From Bugula neritina (lineage: Eukaryota; Animalia; Bryozoa), in the NCBI GenBank assembly GCA_964035545.1, contig OZ037765.1, positions 31,247,504-31,311,503 on the forward strand: 64,000 bases of DNA. The letters are read 5' to 3'. This document shows positions 49,651 through 64,000 of this stretch, one piece after another (positions within the stretch are counted from its first letter, which is position 1; each line of letters opens with the position of its first letter). A model generated the notes under the pieces. The model searched no databases and had not been told where the DNA came from. It was given only the letters and a program-made list of their open reading frames with translations. Both the position numbers and the translations under genes were made by a program.

Positions 49651-52600
49651 TCATATATCCAACCATAAGGCAAGCTGGTATTTGTTCACATTGCTCCACT
49701 CACAAGATATCATTCGATAGAATTTGTTTACTATAAAGAGTGAGCCTCGACAAGGCACTAGTATGAGTTCTCCAAATTCCCCACTCACCACCACCAGGTT
49801 GGAAGCAGATGCACCCACATCACTCGCAGAGTTATCCTCTCTCCCTGAGGCTAATCCTAAAACATGTGATTTTTACAACTATATAGTCATAACTAAAAAG
49901 CTACTGTCTTGTATGACGCACAATTATTGAATTAAATTATATTTTCGCACTCAGTATTGAAAATGGAATACTTTGCAATGCACAAAAATCTATGGTTATA
50001 CATTGCTCTCTCCATATCTCACTAACCTACTGGTCCGAAACCTCAATTGATGACATAGTAGAATACCATGATTAATTCGCGGATTCATTAAATTTGGCCA
50101 TTTTGTACCTATATAAACACATACATAAGTCACAAAACCTATGGAATTTTGTGAGAACTAGATCCGTGAGCTACGGAGGGAGCAATGTCTATGATGTGTC
50201 ATAAGCTACACCTTCTAGTACAGTGGTTTTTCTGGTTTTGACATCAAAGAAGATCAAAGAGTTGCCGTCTAGAGAGGTGACAGCTAAGTTGTAGCTTTCA
50301 GCCTCCTCAGAATTCATGAATCTCACTTCCCCGATTGACATGTGGAGGACATGTTTGTACATTTCAACCAGTGTGGCTGCAAGCATTGAGAAGTACAGTG
50401 CAAACAACTGAATGATATGGCAGCAATGCTACATAACTTCTTATTACAAACACTATGTTCTGTAGAATCATTGCTATAATAGCCTACTGAGGTAACAGCT
50501 GAATATGCTATAAAATGAGTTATGATTTTAGATTATGACCTATTCAATAACTACACATATTTTAAATAATTGTAGTCAAAATACTGCAAATATGTTGAAA
50601 TTGCAACATTTTTCTATTAGTCAGTTTGTCACAGTATACTGCTGCATGGGTAACATAGCTTATTATGGTCAATGTAGCCCATTTTATTATTATAGTAGAT
50701 TACTTGAAGTTTTCTAACAAGGATCTATAAATATATGAAATGAATGTGGATAAAACGTCCACTGTCAATTTCATAGCCTGCCTCGCCTTCAGTGGTCAAG
50801 TATGTTACAGTAAATGTTACAAAAATAAGATTTCATCTATTTGAAAAGTTCAATAGGGACACTAGCTGATACATACCATTGTCATTGAGGTAATACACGC
50901 TTAGCGTACTCGGTTTTTCCACTGCTACGATATACCTTGTGTTGTGGGAAACGTACAGTTCTCCTGACTGAAACTTGCTCACCACACTATTCATAACAGT
51001 GTCAAGGAGAAGGTTGAAATCGCCGTGATCACACTGCGCTAGAGCTAAGCCACCTACAATACAGTATTGTGAGTTGTATATCTTAAGGTAGCATGGAAAC
51101 TGCTGAATCTAGCAGTAGCAGTCAACCACAGTCTATAGATGTAAGACGATGGAAAATCATATCAAAAAGTTATTGGTTGATCTGATTTTTTTAAGGTCAG
51201 CTGGCTTAACGTTATTAGTTGTGAATACATGATTTTGCTATAAAATACATCACATACCTTTTAGAAAGGTTTTTAAAAATCATTTGCAAAAGTTAAACCA
51301 TTTTAGGTGGCATATAAATAAAGATAATACTATGTTTATTCTAATGGGAAATATATTGTTTAGTTTATATGTATGCATAGTTTTTATATATATATTTATT
51401 TTATAATATTTTATTTTGTTTATTTTAATATTGGTACAGTGCAAGCACAAACAGACCTATAGCTAAGTAATGGAGCTGCAGAACTTTGCACTTCCACTCT
51501 GTTAAGTCAAGTGCCCCGTTGTAAGTCATAGTAGCCGTGTCTAATCTGCTCAACCCATGCTGATCAAAGTGAGATGAGAAGGCGTAGCGAGAAGTTGTGT
51601 TAAATGCTGTTAGTCTGGGAACAAACAATTCTTCAACCTGCATGTCATATATCATATTATATTATATCATCATATATCATGTCCCATCATATTATATCAT
51701 ATCCCATCATATCATATCATATATCACATCATATCATGTCCCATCATGTTATATCATACATGTATACAAGACTGTTAGAATTAGTTTGTATAATGCAGAC
51801 CTGACATTACCATGTACATAGCACACATATACAACAATATGAACTATACTGCAAAGTATAGTATAGTTCATATAGTTCAAACACACACACACACACGCAC
51901 ACAAAAACAAACACGCAAAAACACAAACACAAACACACACACAAACACATACACACACACAAACAAACACACAAACACACACACACACACAAACACACAC
52001 ACAAACACACACGCACGCACGCACGCAAGCACACACGCACGAATACTACATGATAATAATATATGGTAATATATCTTATAGCTTACAGCATCAAATATAG
52101 AGTAGTGAGGCAGCAGAGAGGTGAGGGGCATGTAGGGTCCCTTGCTTGCATCACTCAGTATCATAACAGTCTGGAACTGGTACTGGTTTCCCACCAACAC
52201 CCACAGTTCATCCGTCTCCTCCATGTAGGCTATGGAAGTAGGTTTGTGCTTCAACGGCATTACCTATCACCCAAGTAAACATGTCTGTTTGCTAATTGTA
52301 TAATATTATGTAACTGTTCATGTTATTTACTAAAGAAGATCATGCTATAAAATAAAGTCATGAACTGATCTGAAAAGATAAGGACTAAAATTTGAACTAT
52401 TAGCTTGTAAATATTAAACAAGGACATTAATTGCTATAAATAATAAACAGTTGATTCTTCTTAAACTGCAGTGAAAATGATAAGTCGAAACAGTCTTCTC
52501 TTCTTTAAAAACTTCTAAGAAACTAAATCTTTGTATGACAACTCATAAGCCATTAGAAAAGACCTTCACTTTTTCTAAATTAATGAAAAATTTGTGCAGC

Positions 52601-55600
52601 AAAAAAATTTGAAAAAGCTTCTTCAAAAATAGTTTTTTAGTTAGAATATCAGCACTTAGATAGCCATGGTAAACTCAACTCACATGTTGGAGTCGTAAGT
52701 TGTCCCTCACATTGATAACCAGAATTCTGTAGAGACTGGGCTGAGAGACATACACATACTTATTATCTACATTAATAGCCACACCCCAGTCACAGCCGTC
52801 TTCATAGGAGCACAGGCTATCCAAGGTATTGCTCGACTCTAAAAAATTTATAGACTTCATTTTGTGTAAATATATAAAGCAAAGTCATCCATGTTTCACC
52901 TGTGCATTAAAAGTTAAATTTTTTTTAATGTTTGACTCCTAGAAACCATTTTTAACTTTGATTCTTTACTAATAATCTCGTTTGAGATGCAACTGCTGTA
53001 GTTGGCAGACAAATAGCAGTTTGTAAAATCATTGAATAAAGTTTGTGTCTTTCACAACATTTTCTTTAACAAATTCGATGCAAGTTTTAGCAGTAATTGT
53101 TACCCTGCATATATTATATTATTGTTAATTCATCACTATTTGTAATCAATGGGTAGATAACTCTCGTACAAACATTTTTATGAAACAGGTAAAGCATGCT
53201 ATACTCATAGATGACATTATTGTTTTTATTATGCAACCTTGGAGATTAGAGGTGAAATCTGCAGCATGTTTATCTACAGAGTGTTTTGTGAAGCAGTGTT
53301 CTGGCTCATAGGCTGTATATCCAGACTTGTGGAATACTAGATACGTTCCCTTACTTTTCACATCGTCATCTGCAGAGGAATATAAATTATACAATTTAAA
53401 TAAATTCTTGTGACATATAAACCATTTCTTACTTGTAAAGTCATGGCTAAAAATTATATTTATTGCAAACATTTAGTATTAATAAAGCAAAAATCAGGCA
53501 ATAATTTTCCTTTGTTGAATAGCAACAATAATTAGTTGGCCAAGACAAGCTAATATGGTGTACATTATATTATAATTAATAGTCTTAAAGATTTTGCATG
53601 TAAAACCCCAATAAATTTTCAAAATTAGGTTTGCATTAAAATAATGTTGAAGCTGGAAAAAGCTCATGTAGAATCATGATAAATATGTTTTATTGTGCAC
53701 AAGACATTTCAACTAGTTGAATAGTCCAGAGAGAGAGTGAAGACATCATACGCATCAAACATTAGCTATTTAGCTGAAAGCTTTTCATAGCTTTTTTTCT
53801 AAAAACTTGTATAGCTACAATTTGCTACAATAAAACTCATGATTATGCTACAACCTAGACTATAGAAAACACTAGTCTTAAGTATGACTTGAGAATTCTT
53901 ATTAGTAAAATCCTTAAAATATAATAATTCATTCTAATTTTATCTTTCACATGTTATATGCAGTGTGAAAAGTAATCTAAAGAGTTTAATGTTGTCATAG
54001 AAACTGAAAACACATACCTTGTAAGTACAGATCTAGAGGGAGGATACCGAGGTTGGTGGTGGAGGTAGACCAGGCGGTGACTGACTTGCCGATACATGTG
54101 TAGTCCCCTGAGTCTATTTGACCATTAGGGGACAGAATGGTGAGCGTGCCGTTTCCCTCTGTACACAGGGAATTGAGACTACACAACATTTTATACATCA
54201 CAAAGGTCATAAATGCTCATGACAAATTCTAATTGGGATAGCCTTGCACAAAGACGTGACAATGCAGACCAAAAAATGTACTTTTGTATGCTTTCTGGTA
54301 GTGCCGCTATAGACCAAGACCGGTTCTCCCTTCATTTTGCAGAGTCTCACAATACCAGACATGGTGCTATTAAGGGCAATATCAATACCAAAACTGCCAA
54401 ACATTCATATAAACATCGCATCCATAAACTTTTCTAATGATTCTAGCTGCTTTGCCTAACTGATTATAAGCACTTAACACCAACTCTGCTTTATATCATC
54501 TGAAGCTGTGCGGTGTATATTTATTTATTTATTTACTTTTTTTTTTTTTTCCTTTTTTTTCTCCTGGCAGTAGCTAGCTATTGAGCTTTGAATCAAAGCA
54601 TAATTAACTATATTCTTATCTCGTAGACAAAATGGTTTTCTTCCTTACTACTGATAATCTAAACAATTGTTCATACACCACTGCATCTCGATAAAGGAGC
54701 CAAAGCGCTCCGAGTGAGATTAATTAGATGAGATGAGATGAGATGAGATGAGATAAAGCTACAGCTGAAAACTGTGTCACATATCATGTCACATGAATTA
54801 TTTTGTCACATACATTACATAGTGTGTCACATGTATTTTGTGCCATATCCTCACACATAGATACTGCTTGCAACAAAAGCACAATTACAAATATATACTT
54901 TTGACTCTTCAGTTCTGCTACTAAGTGTTCTAATAAAAAGATTTTGCACTGCTTCAAATAAAGTTTCAACCATTTTAATATCATCAATTGAAATCTTTGG
55001 ATAATTTTAATATATACAGTGTATCTGGTGTGATAGATCTAATGACAAATAAATTCTCATAAAATTATGCATTTAGCCTATTTATATGTGCATTATATTA
55101 GTTCTACTAATATAATATAATGTTATTTTAGTCTGAAATATTATTTCCTGTATAACTATACAACTTACTGCTCCATTCATATCGCTGCGTGTCATGTGGC
55201 ACATTGTATTGGCCCACTTGCCACTCTGTAGTTGGCTGTGGGACTCCATCTGCATGGCATTTGAGGCTCGTGCTAGCCCCCTCCAACACGTGACCTACTT
55301 TGTTTGTTCTGACCACAGGCTTGACTGTTCAATTGAAAAGTTTCATATATAATTTTAATAGGAAAAGCAGTTTTCTTAGTACAGTTGTCGCATTATACTA
55401 GAAAGGCTTAAACTTCAGAAAAAGTCACATATATATATAGTAATAAGTTGTTGGGTTTTTACATAAGCTGGGAAAGCTTTTCCCTAATACATGATAGCAT
55501 TTCACATATCATCTTAGCTATATTATGCTTTTCCACTATCATTATAGCAAATACGCAAAAGCTAACTTTTTTACTACTATAAAGACCCAACAGTTTTTCT

Positions 55601-58600
55601 CTTATCCAGGCTTGTATCTCACACTTGTACTTGCAACTTATAAAACACTAAAACACAACATAAGTAATGTTCTTTGTACATATAATCTATAAATATATTA
55701 TTTAGACATGAATATGTGTAATCAACAGAGATTTACTGCCTTTTCTGTAGTTATCCCACCTTTAACTATAAGCAGTCGAGTTATGATAACATGAGGTTGG
55801 TCAATGTCATAGCACGTGTAGTTTCCTGTATGGTCGAGATTTACTGCAGATATGAACAGATCCTTGTTAGAGAGAACCTGCAGAAATATGACAAGTACAA
55901 ATAATTCCTGCATATTTTGACACCTGTTAGTATTAATTCTAATTTTCAGCTGACATAAAACCTGAACTCACACTCATGCTGTTTGACGTGTCAAATTCTA
56001 TCTCCACACCATTTCTCATCCACACAACCTGTTGGGACTTTGCAAGCTGACACGGCAGCTCTACTCCAGTATAGCCGTCTGCAGTGACGTAGGTTATCAT
56101 AGAGTCATCACCTGGAGGGTCAATATCCCCCTCCTCCCCCTCGTCTCCAATATCCACCTCTAGCAAATGTAACATAATTTATAAATTATGTTTTCTAGCA
56201 TATAAATACTATACAGCATAATTATTCAATGAATGTGCTGTGCAAAATTTTTAAAAACTAAGGTGTTATGGGTAGTCAAGGGTGTATGCTACTGAAATAG
56301 TTTAGTAACAACAATAATAAATGTTTAAAAGTATACACTATTAAAATAAGTTGAACTCTTAAGGGAATAATTACATTACAAACAGGGCAGCTTGTGATAC
56401 AGTATAATTACTTGTGCAATATAATTATGCTATAGCAGCATCTGTAATACACTTGACAATAGCAATAAACATTCTGCATGTGTAGTATATAGCATCTGCC
56501 GTGCTGATATTTTTATATACTTGCAATGTGTTGATAACGTAAAAACAACATTGTGATTCTGTTAATCATATTGAATAATATATTTTAAGTCGGTCATAAA
56601 ACTGCACAGAAAAAATTGAGAAAGCAACTCCCAGCATAATCCATAGCCCATATTATGTAGAAGTCAATGCAGAACATCTGCTTACAGAAACTGAGCAGCT
56701 CCAGATATCATTTATTAGTGGAAATCATCTATAAGCAGCGCCAAGTTGGGGGTCATTAAGTGTAGGAGTCTTTTTATAGAATGATTCTCTTAGTAGCCTT
56801 TTCCCTTTCACCTACCTACCAAAACATCAACTCACCAAACTCGTGGTAAAATGTCAGGCGGTCAATAGATTTCAATGTAGGCAAGGCCACCGGGCTGTAT
56901 ATTATCAGGTCTCTCAGGCTACAGATGTGAGCCAGTCTGTCCAAGTTATCAGACCTTTGCGCATACATCAGCTCCTCTAGAGATATCTCATCATTACTGT
57001 CCCTGTCGTAATACTGGAACATTCTAGAAACTACATGCTGCTTGCCGGATTTATCTACAAATATAAGTAATAGAGATATTTGAAGGTGTTACAAGACCAG
57101 TCAGTTTTCACATTGTATTATGAGCATATTATACTGTTAGCATATGTAATGCATGCTTGTGTTTCAGTACACCAGTGTATTCGGTTATATTTATAGTAGT
57201 ATTAGCAGCTTTAGGCAATATTTCGAATTTTCTCAGCGCATGATAAATCTCATGGCTAATCTAATCTGACTGAATTCTTGACATATGAAAGAAGAAAAAT
57301 ACTACAGCATGAAAAATTATCATGCATAACACCCAGGAGCTGCTGGCTTATCACACAAAGGAGCTACAGACTACATTAAACTAATTACTTTTGTCAGTAA
57401 AATAAGTTCTCTATTAGTTGATTTATCAAGGGAATTATTGTGGATGGCAGCTGCATTATGGTAAGGTGAATCAGCCATCGCAACAGCTTACATGTAGTCT
57501 GTAAACCAGCACTATTAATCATAATAATGAATGTAATAAATAATAATGCGAGGATCAATAATTTCTTGGAGTAGAATGTGGCCTTTATTGAATTTATATG
57601 TTTGGTAGAATATCAACATCTGTTTACAAATGATCCCCTTACAAAACACATGCAACTATTGAAAACCCTGCAACACCATAGAGCAATGTACATTCCATGC
57701 TGGTTCCATATTGGGGTTTACCATTCAGCCCAGCAGTTGGTTTGAGTGTAGATAAAGGCCATTGGTGATGATAGAAAGGGCATTTAATCATAATTGCTTA
57801 AAGCAAGTCTTTAGCCTAATCAAAAAGCCTTTTTCATCAGGGGTTTTTACAAGGATGGCAAGTATAAACACATGTGAATCTTAATTAACAAAAGTAAAAA
57901 GTTTAGAGCAGATGGTTGACTTGGCATGCTTCCAAAAGTTTAAAAAATAAGCAGCAAAGTTTCCTAATAGCTAAGTTTGATCTGAACACTAAAAGTCAAA
58001 GGGAACATAATCTCTAAACTTTGATATTCAAAAGCTCTATAGAAACAGTTCAAAGAGTGTCATTTAACAAGAAGTAGGAGAGGAGTTTATTAAAGCTTGT
58101 GTGATGTCACTTGGAGTTCGAATCTCTAAGTTTGAGGCTATTATAGAATATTTTATTAAAATGGTAATGTGGGAGTCCATGAGTGTCAGGGTAAAGGCAG
58201 GAAATGCAAGTGTATGACATTCCGTGAAACCTAATCTGAACAAAGTGTATAAATCTATAACTTAATCCCTAAGCAAAAAGTAAGGTAATATTTATTTGAT
58301 TTACCAAAATGCCTTTATCAAAAAATATGAACATAACTATAGTTTGAAATATGAAAAAGCATTATCTTCGCATATTAAGTTTTTATTTAAGTCTATGTGT
58401 TTATGAGGTATAGGTGCAGTCATGGAAAAATTTAGAAAAGCCTGTGTTCTAGATTAGAAATGTACCAAAAGAAGTTATGTTCTTTCCACCGAACTGAAAC
58501 TTATAGTTCAATGGTTCTTTCATCCCGAACCCCCAAACCAAAGTTCGATAAAAAAACTTAAGAACTTAGGCTATCTCAATTTCTCCACTATTGCTCCTAA

Positions 58601-61600
58601 ATGGTGTTCATAGCTCTTAAAAAACTATAAATTACCCTAATTGTTTCAACCTTCTGTGAACACAACATCATACTGACCACAAAGGCATGTAGCCTAAGGT
58701 CACATGATGAAAAGTCACTTACTTTGGCTGTCACACTTTGCAATACCCAATCTGTTGCAATGATAGATCATCAGCAGGTGCTTAAATTCACCAAACTGTG
58801 TGTGAGAACAGCTTTTGTCATATTTGTAGCTATTCCCAGCCTCAGTGGTTCGCATCACAGTCGTGGTATCTGCATATGTTAATAAATAATATTACTTTAA
58901 TGTAATAGTTTCTATAATATTTAAATAAACCATTATATTAAATCTTATTGATATTATTCTTTGGTATTATAAATGCTTATGTGTAATGTGTGATGTGTAA
59001 TGTGTGATGTGTGATGTGTAATGTGTGATGTGTAATGTGTGATGTGTGATGTGTGATGTGTGGTGTGTGGTGTGTGATGTGTGATGTGTGGTGTGTGGTG
59101 TGTGGTGTGTGGTGTGTGATGTGTGATGTGTGATGTGTGATGTGTGATGTGTGATGTGTGGTGTGTGGTGTGTGGTGTGTGGTGTGTGGTGTGTGGTGTG
59201 TGGTGTGTGGTGTGTGGTGTGTGGTGTGTGATGTGTGATGTGTGATGTGTGATGTGTGATGTGTGATGTGTGATGTGTGATGTGTGATGTGTGATGTGTG
59301 ATGTGTGATGTGTGATGTGTGATGTGTGATGTGTAAAGGCTGATGCTGAATGCAACTATTAAAAATTTCTTTTGTTTACTTATTTTCCAGTAAAGAAAAA
59401 ATATAGAAAAGTAGTTTAAAATATGGCAAAATGATTTTACTGTATTAAAATCATTTAGATGAGCATATCAAATGCTAAGCTAAGAGCATAATAATCCATA
59501 AATTTTAGCTGGAGGGTTGTATTTACCTCTCATGGATTCAGTTGGTTGAGTGTGGACAGATAATGACAAATCTTTCTTCTTAGACTGGCTAGACTTCTGT
59601 AAGTCTATACACAATAATATTATGACAATATATATGTAGATTTATTGTGTGTCTGCATGTGAAAGATAAAATTAGAATAAATTATTATATTTTAACTATG
59701 GTACAATACAACAGGAAAAATTGAAATAGTAGGTGAAATGGTTCAATAACTACAATTCTAATAATATTACATCTATTTATTTAGATATAATGAAGTCACA
59801 GCTGTAACAAAAAACAAGAGTATAATATGTGTGCGCTAGTAGCATATTCAAGCATAACACCCAAGCTACAGTTCAGTAACAGAATAAATACTAAATAAGA
59901 TTATGGAATAACATACTAGTCAAGTCCATGGAGTAAAAGGTGAGGGTACTAGTCATAATGCATTGAAGTGGATATCTCATGCTTCGTATCTTAGCAAATT
60001 AATTAAATATACCGTATTTACTATAATGGAAATTCTTTGTATTATAAAAAAACTAAATTACTAGCTCATATAATATATCGAATGTATACATAAAACTTTT
60101 GCACCATGTCATTATAATATACAAATATTTTCACATAATACTTCTGTCATAATAAGTAAAATTCTAACCAATTGTTATAGAAATTCAGCTGTCCTAAGGA
60201 AATTAGTTTGTTAGTGTGACCCAATTGCATACAAAGTGAATAAATTAGAGTAAAGGTGCCATCTTACCATTGCCAGAGCAAGCAGAGCCATCTAAATCTA
60301 CTGATATATGTTTCTGCGTGACACAAGCTCTCCTGTGTAACTCACAGTGGCTATCATACATGTTCCCATCTGATCCACACACCAGTCTATGTCCGGGTGG
60401 ACAGGACCCCGCCCCGCGACACACACACAACTCTTCGCCATTGCGGTCAACCAGACAGGTCCTCCCTGCCCCACAGTAGTCCGAATTGCTGCATTCTTTC
60501 ACAGCTAGGTAAAATAAAATCAGTACATTTATAATTTGCAGTCTTCACTTGCAATGGAGTTCGGAAGTATCTAGTCACTCTGCTTTTCTAGATTCGAAAA
60601 AATATAATCTCATTATAAGACTATAGGAGGCAATGAAGCTGTTTAACCCACTTAGGCTGTTACATTTTACTATACCATTAAAAAAGCTTTCAACATTAAA
60701 CATCTATACAATACTTTAATAAAATGGTGATCTATTTTGAAAAGCTCTAAACGAGTTATTTTACATTAAGCTTTAAATGCTTTGTGTGATTTTCTTTTCC
60801 ACACCAAGTATTCCTATGAGAGCAATGGCCACAGTGATACCTGTACTCTAAAGTAGGTTAATAATAACAAGTAGTGGGAAAAGAGGCCTTAGATTCTTGT
60901 GGTGTCAGAGCTCACAGTGAGACAGCTATCATATACAACTACAGACACAGATGAGAGTATTTATGTTTACTGGTGTAACACCAGATAGCTTGATCTGAAC
61001 CACAGGACTAGATGATGGGAAATGGAAATCAATATAGTAAGATAGGTTACTGCACAAACTTAGTATACCAATATAAGGCAGATGACATTGCTTCTCTCTA
61101 GCACATACTCTATTGATTTCCCTAGTAAATATCTAGTTGCAACAAGCTTTCGTTGGCCACTTTGTATCTTTTTTCTATTCATGCTAACCGAAATAAAAAT
61201 GTTACCAATTTCTCAAACTGGTGAGGGCGGGTTTTCTCCATTTCCTGTTTTATTTTTCAAACCAGAGTGATATTATATATACCTTTAACCCTGTGCTCCA
61301 AACAAGCCTATCAAAAAAGTGTTAGTTTTTTTTTCTATTTACCCTATTCTATTTATTTATTAGGATTAGCTCCTTGACAGCTATATAATTATTGTGCTAA
61401 CACAACTTAATGAACTAACAACTTAAAGTAGTCTGCAACATGAAAAACCAATTGATTGGTCTGCACCATGGATTGAAATATTAACTGATTGACAGGCATG
61501 TGCACAATATTAATTAATTAGTTAGTTCATTACATATTCATTAGAAAATTTGCAAAATCTTCAAGGAGCTGTACTAAAATCTAAATGAATTGTAAGTTAA

Positions 61601-62911
61601 ACTGTATTACATGCGATTTCATAAATTTCAGAGCCTTATACCATATTTTCAAAATAAGAGAAATACAAAAAGGTATATCAATAACAAAATTAGGGTAACA
61701 ATTTTATATGATTATGTCAATAAAAAGTAAGAATACATTAGACTCTTGCAAATATTAATATCTTAGTTTAATAGTCAACAAATAATTACATGTAAATGTG
61801 GTAGCTGTTACATGAAACATGTTTTTCAAGAAATGAAACTTAGTTTTTGCACTAAATTGGTTGTTCTACTTTTAATATAAAAATGTTCTATCTGACATCT
61901 GCTATATATCACATTGGGACAAACAATTCTTTCAACTAGTCTACAACACATTATAAGCAATAGAAAAACTCACTAACTCATATTGCTGTCCATTAAAATC
62001 TGGCATAATATAGATATGCAGCCCTTTTTTCTTACTAAATAAGTATTCTAACAGCTCCTATATTTGAAGTATTAATTTGATGCACATTGATTTGGTCAAA
62101 AGTTTATTTCAATGCTGGTAAATTATAACTTGGAATAGTATTAAAAATAAACATGTCCAGTTGTTAGCCACATGACAGTTGCCATATATAGCAGTGGCAA
62201 TATTATAACGATGACACTTAATACAACAATATACCTAATTAGTATATAATATATTAGCAAACAGTGTATTGAATAAATTACTTGCTAATTCATCATAGTT
62301 GGCGTGCTCAATGATTCTATATTCACTTTCTGTTTTAGCCGGTAGAAGTCGCTTCAGTTCATTTGGTACACTTTCCACATACTCTGTTGGCAAACCCACC
62401 TTTAAAGTAATTGAATATTAAAATAAAGTAAAGATAATATAACAAAACATTAAAACATAGGATAGAGCAAAACATGTTCCAAAGTATGAAATTACTTATT
62501 CAGTATCCAGTTTATTGCACATCAAACTTGAAAATATTATATGCATCTCTGTGACTTAAACACTGCTTATATTATTTGTTAATCACCTTAATACAGCTAC
62601 ATAATATATTAACGTAAAAACGATTGAACAAATTGCAACAATGTGTAATACTATTTCTGTTTGCTGAAATGAAGTGCAAGCATGAATTATTTATAAATAC
62701 AGTTATGTTATTATTATAGTATAATTATAATAGCATGGTACAAGAAGTGCACAAAGTGTATATATAATAGCTATATCCATATTTAGCAAACCTAGGGGGA
62801 TGCTGCCTAGAAAGAAACCGTTACCTTTGAAAAGTCAGCGTGGTGGTGTCTGTGCAGATTATAGCCGTGACACGACGTGAGTAAGTAAAGTAAGAGAGGC
62901 AGCGGCCACAT
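49651..62911 (-). CDS. FSTL5: Follistatin-related protein FSTL4/5-like (signal peptide, Kazal, EF-hand, two Ig, beta-propeller)
   Basis: ATG 62911 MWPLPLLLYLLTSCHG signal peptide. Kazal exon 60504-60268 (CGAGRTC...VCGSDGNMYDSHCELHRRAC). EF hand DRDSNDEISLEEL. Ig domains (VELPC...HTGNYTC; SLKCHADGVPQP...DSGDYTC). Propeller CDWGVAINVDNKYVYVSQP. Last exon ends WLDI* at 49651. Confidence 0.9.
51645..52040. repeat. Degenerate (ATCAT)n and (CA)n-rich simple repeats
   Basis: ATCAT/ATTAT units at 51645-51760; interrupted CA/CAAA array at 51881-52040. Confidence 0.85.
57730..57885 (+). mobile_element. Diverged copy of the SINE at 28685-28912
   Basis: Shares AAAGGCCATTGGTGATG, TCATCAGGGGTTT, ACAAGGAT and TATAAAC blocks with the reverse complement of the 28.7-kb copy. 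Confidence 0.75.
58980..59335. repeat. (TGTGTGA/TGTGTGG)n heptamer microsatellite
   Basis: Tandem 7-mers of GATGTGT/GGTGTGT. These produce the spurious ITHHTSH ORF. Confidence 0.95.
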
Positions 62912-63199
62912 GACGCTGCCGATACTTGACTCTCTCTTCACGTAGTAAGTATGAGGTACGTTGCTACTTATAGTCAGCGTGTAACTTCATCAGTTGAGTT
63001 GCTGACTCCCTCTTGTGGTACTTTATATTATATGAAGAACAAACTCAATTACTGCAGTTAGTATATGATCTGAGATCAATAATCTACGAGCCAATATTTA
63101 GAGGCATCACTTAATGCTGTTTCCCAGAGGAATTGCAGTTATTATGTTTATGAGATAAATTCATTTGTTATATCTAAAAAACACAGTACAGTACACATA

Positions 63200-63352
63200 T
63201 AGCATAATATAATATAATGTAATATACATACAGTATAATATAATATAGTATAATAGTATAATATAATATAGTATTTAATGCAATATAATATAATAATATA
63301 AAATAATATAATATAATATAATATAATATAATATAATATAATATGATATAGT
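63200..63352. repeat. (ATATA)n degenerate pentamer repeat
   Basis: AATAT units upstream of FSTL. Confidence 0.85.
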
Positions 63353-64000
63353 AATAAAGTTAATACTCTGAGTAAAAACATTGCAAAGATTTTGATTAAG
63401 CTTTTTTCCAAATTGTAGGGAATGTACCAACACTGTACGTTTGTAGGGAATGTACAGTTAGGTATACAAATTGCTAGATATCTTGGACAAGCATGTCACA
63501 TGATTCTTGCCATGGGAATATATATTACTGAAGTAAAACAAGTCTGGCAATTATTAATATTAAATTACAACATAATTTTTCATACAGAGAATTTCTCAAG
63601 GTAAAAGAATTAACTAAATGTGTATTATACGTTTAATCCCATGCATATACTGATATTACTCAGAATTTCACTGGTTAGTGTTACGGAGGCAAATATTACT
63701 GACATATCTTGCTTTTGTCTGATACACTATAAATGATATATAACTTTGTGTTTGTACTTTATTAACACTAACTTTATTAAAATATAATCTATAGCACAGG
63801 ACCCTATGGGAATTATATAGAAATATTAATTATTAATTGAAAGGATTTTATGGCTGATAACTCTGAATTCTGATGATGCATGAAATATGGATCACCTATT
63901 GCTATTAAAATCTCATTTTTTATAAAACTGTTACAGCTATATTGTATCATAATGTACATAGCAGAGCAACTCGAAATATACTTTTTCTTCGCCATTTTTC

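Noticed and set aside
51597-52069. Several short C/V- or H/Y/I-rich ORFs
   Set aside because: Simple-repeat artefacts.
54670-54756. Possible truncated LINE/SINE 3' end with a (GATGA)n tail
   Set aside because: Too short, with no TSD or second copy in the window.
58954-59355. His-rich ITHHTSH ORF
   Set aside because: Translation of a heptamer microsatellite inside an FSTL intron.

Overview
AT-rich, intron-rich animal (invertebrate) genomic DNA, probably lophotrochozoan (an inference from gene content and style; I cannot identify the species). Eight spliced protein-coding genes were reconstructed by eye from GT-AG boundaries: RPS15A (+), Miro/RHOT (-), two tandem WD40 paralogues (+), SUV4-20/KMT5B-C (-), Caprin (+), an unrecognised coiled-coil/Ser-rich gene (+) and FSTL4/5 (-). 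RPS15A introns host two SNORA21-like H/ACA snoRNAs and a three-way-junction fold that pairs with the intron-2 5' splice site. The standout element is a very young 3.6-kb LTR retroelement (13672-17260; 191-bp LTRs differing at one base, 5-bp TSD, tRNA-Ser-type PBS, PPT) with no pol. It carries an intact Mag/Gypsy-like gag ending in a leaky-type TGA-CTA stop, an in-frame 39-codon tail with a Pol C-terminal-like motif, and a second intact ORF with three zinc knuckles and a coiled coil. Also present: two MITEs, a tRNA-derived SINE family, many micro/minisatellites, and a recurring hexamer-periodic texture near inferred transcription starts. Family assignments rest on recalled motifs, not database searches.
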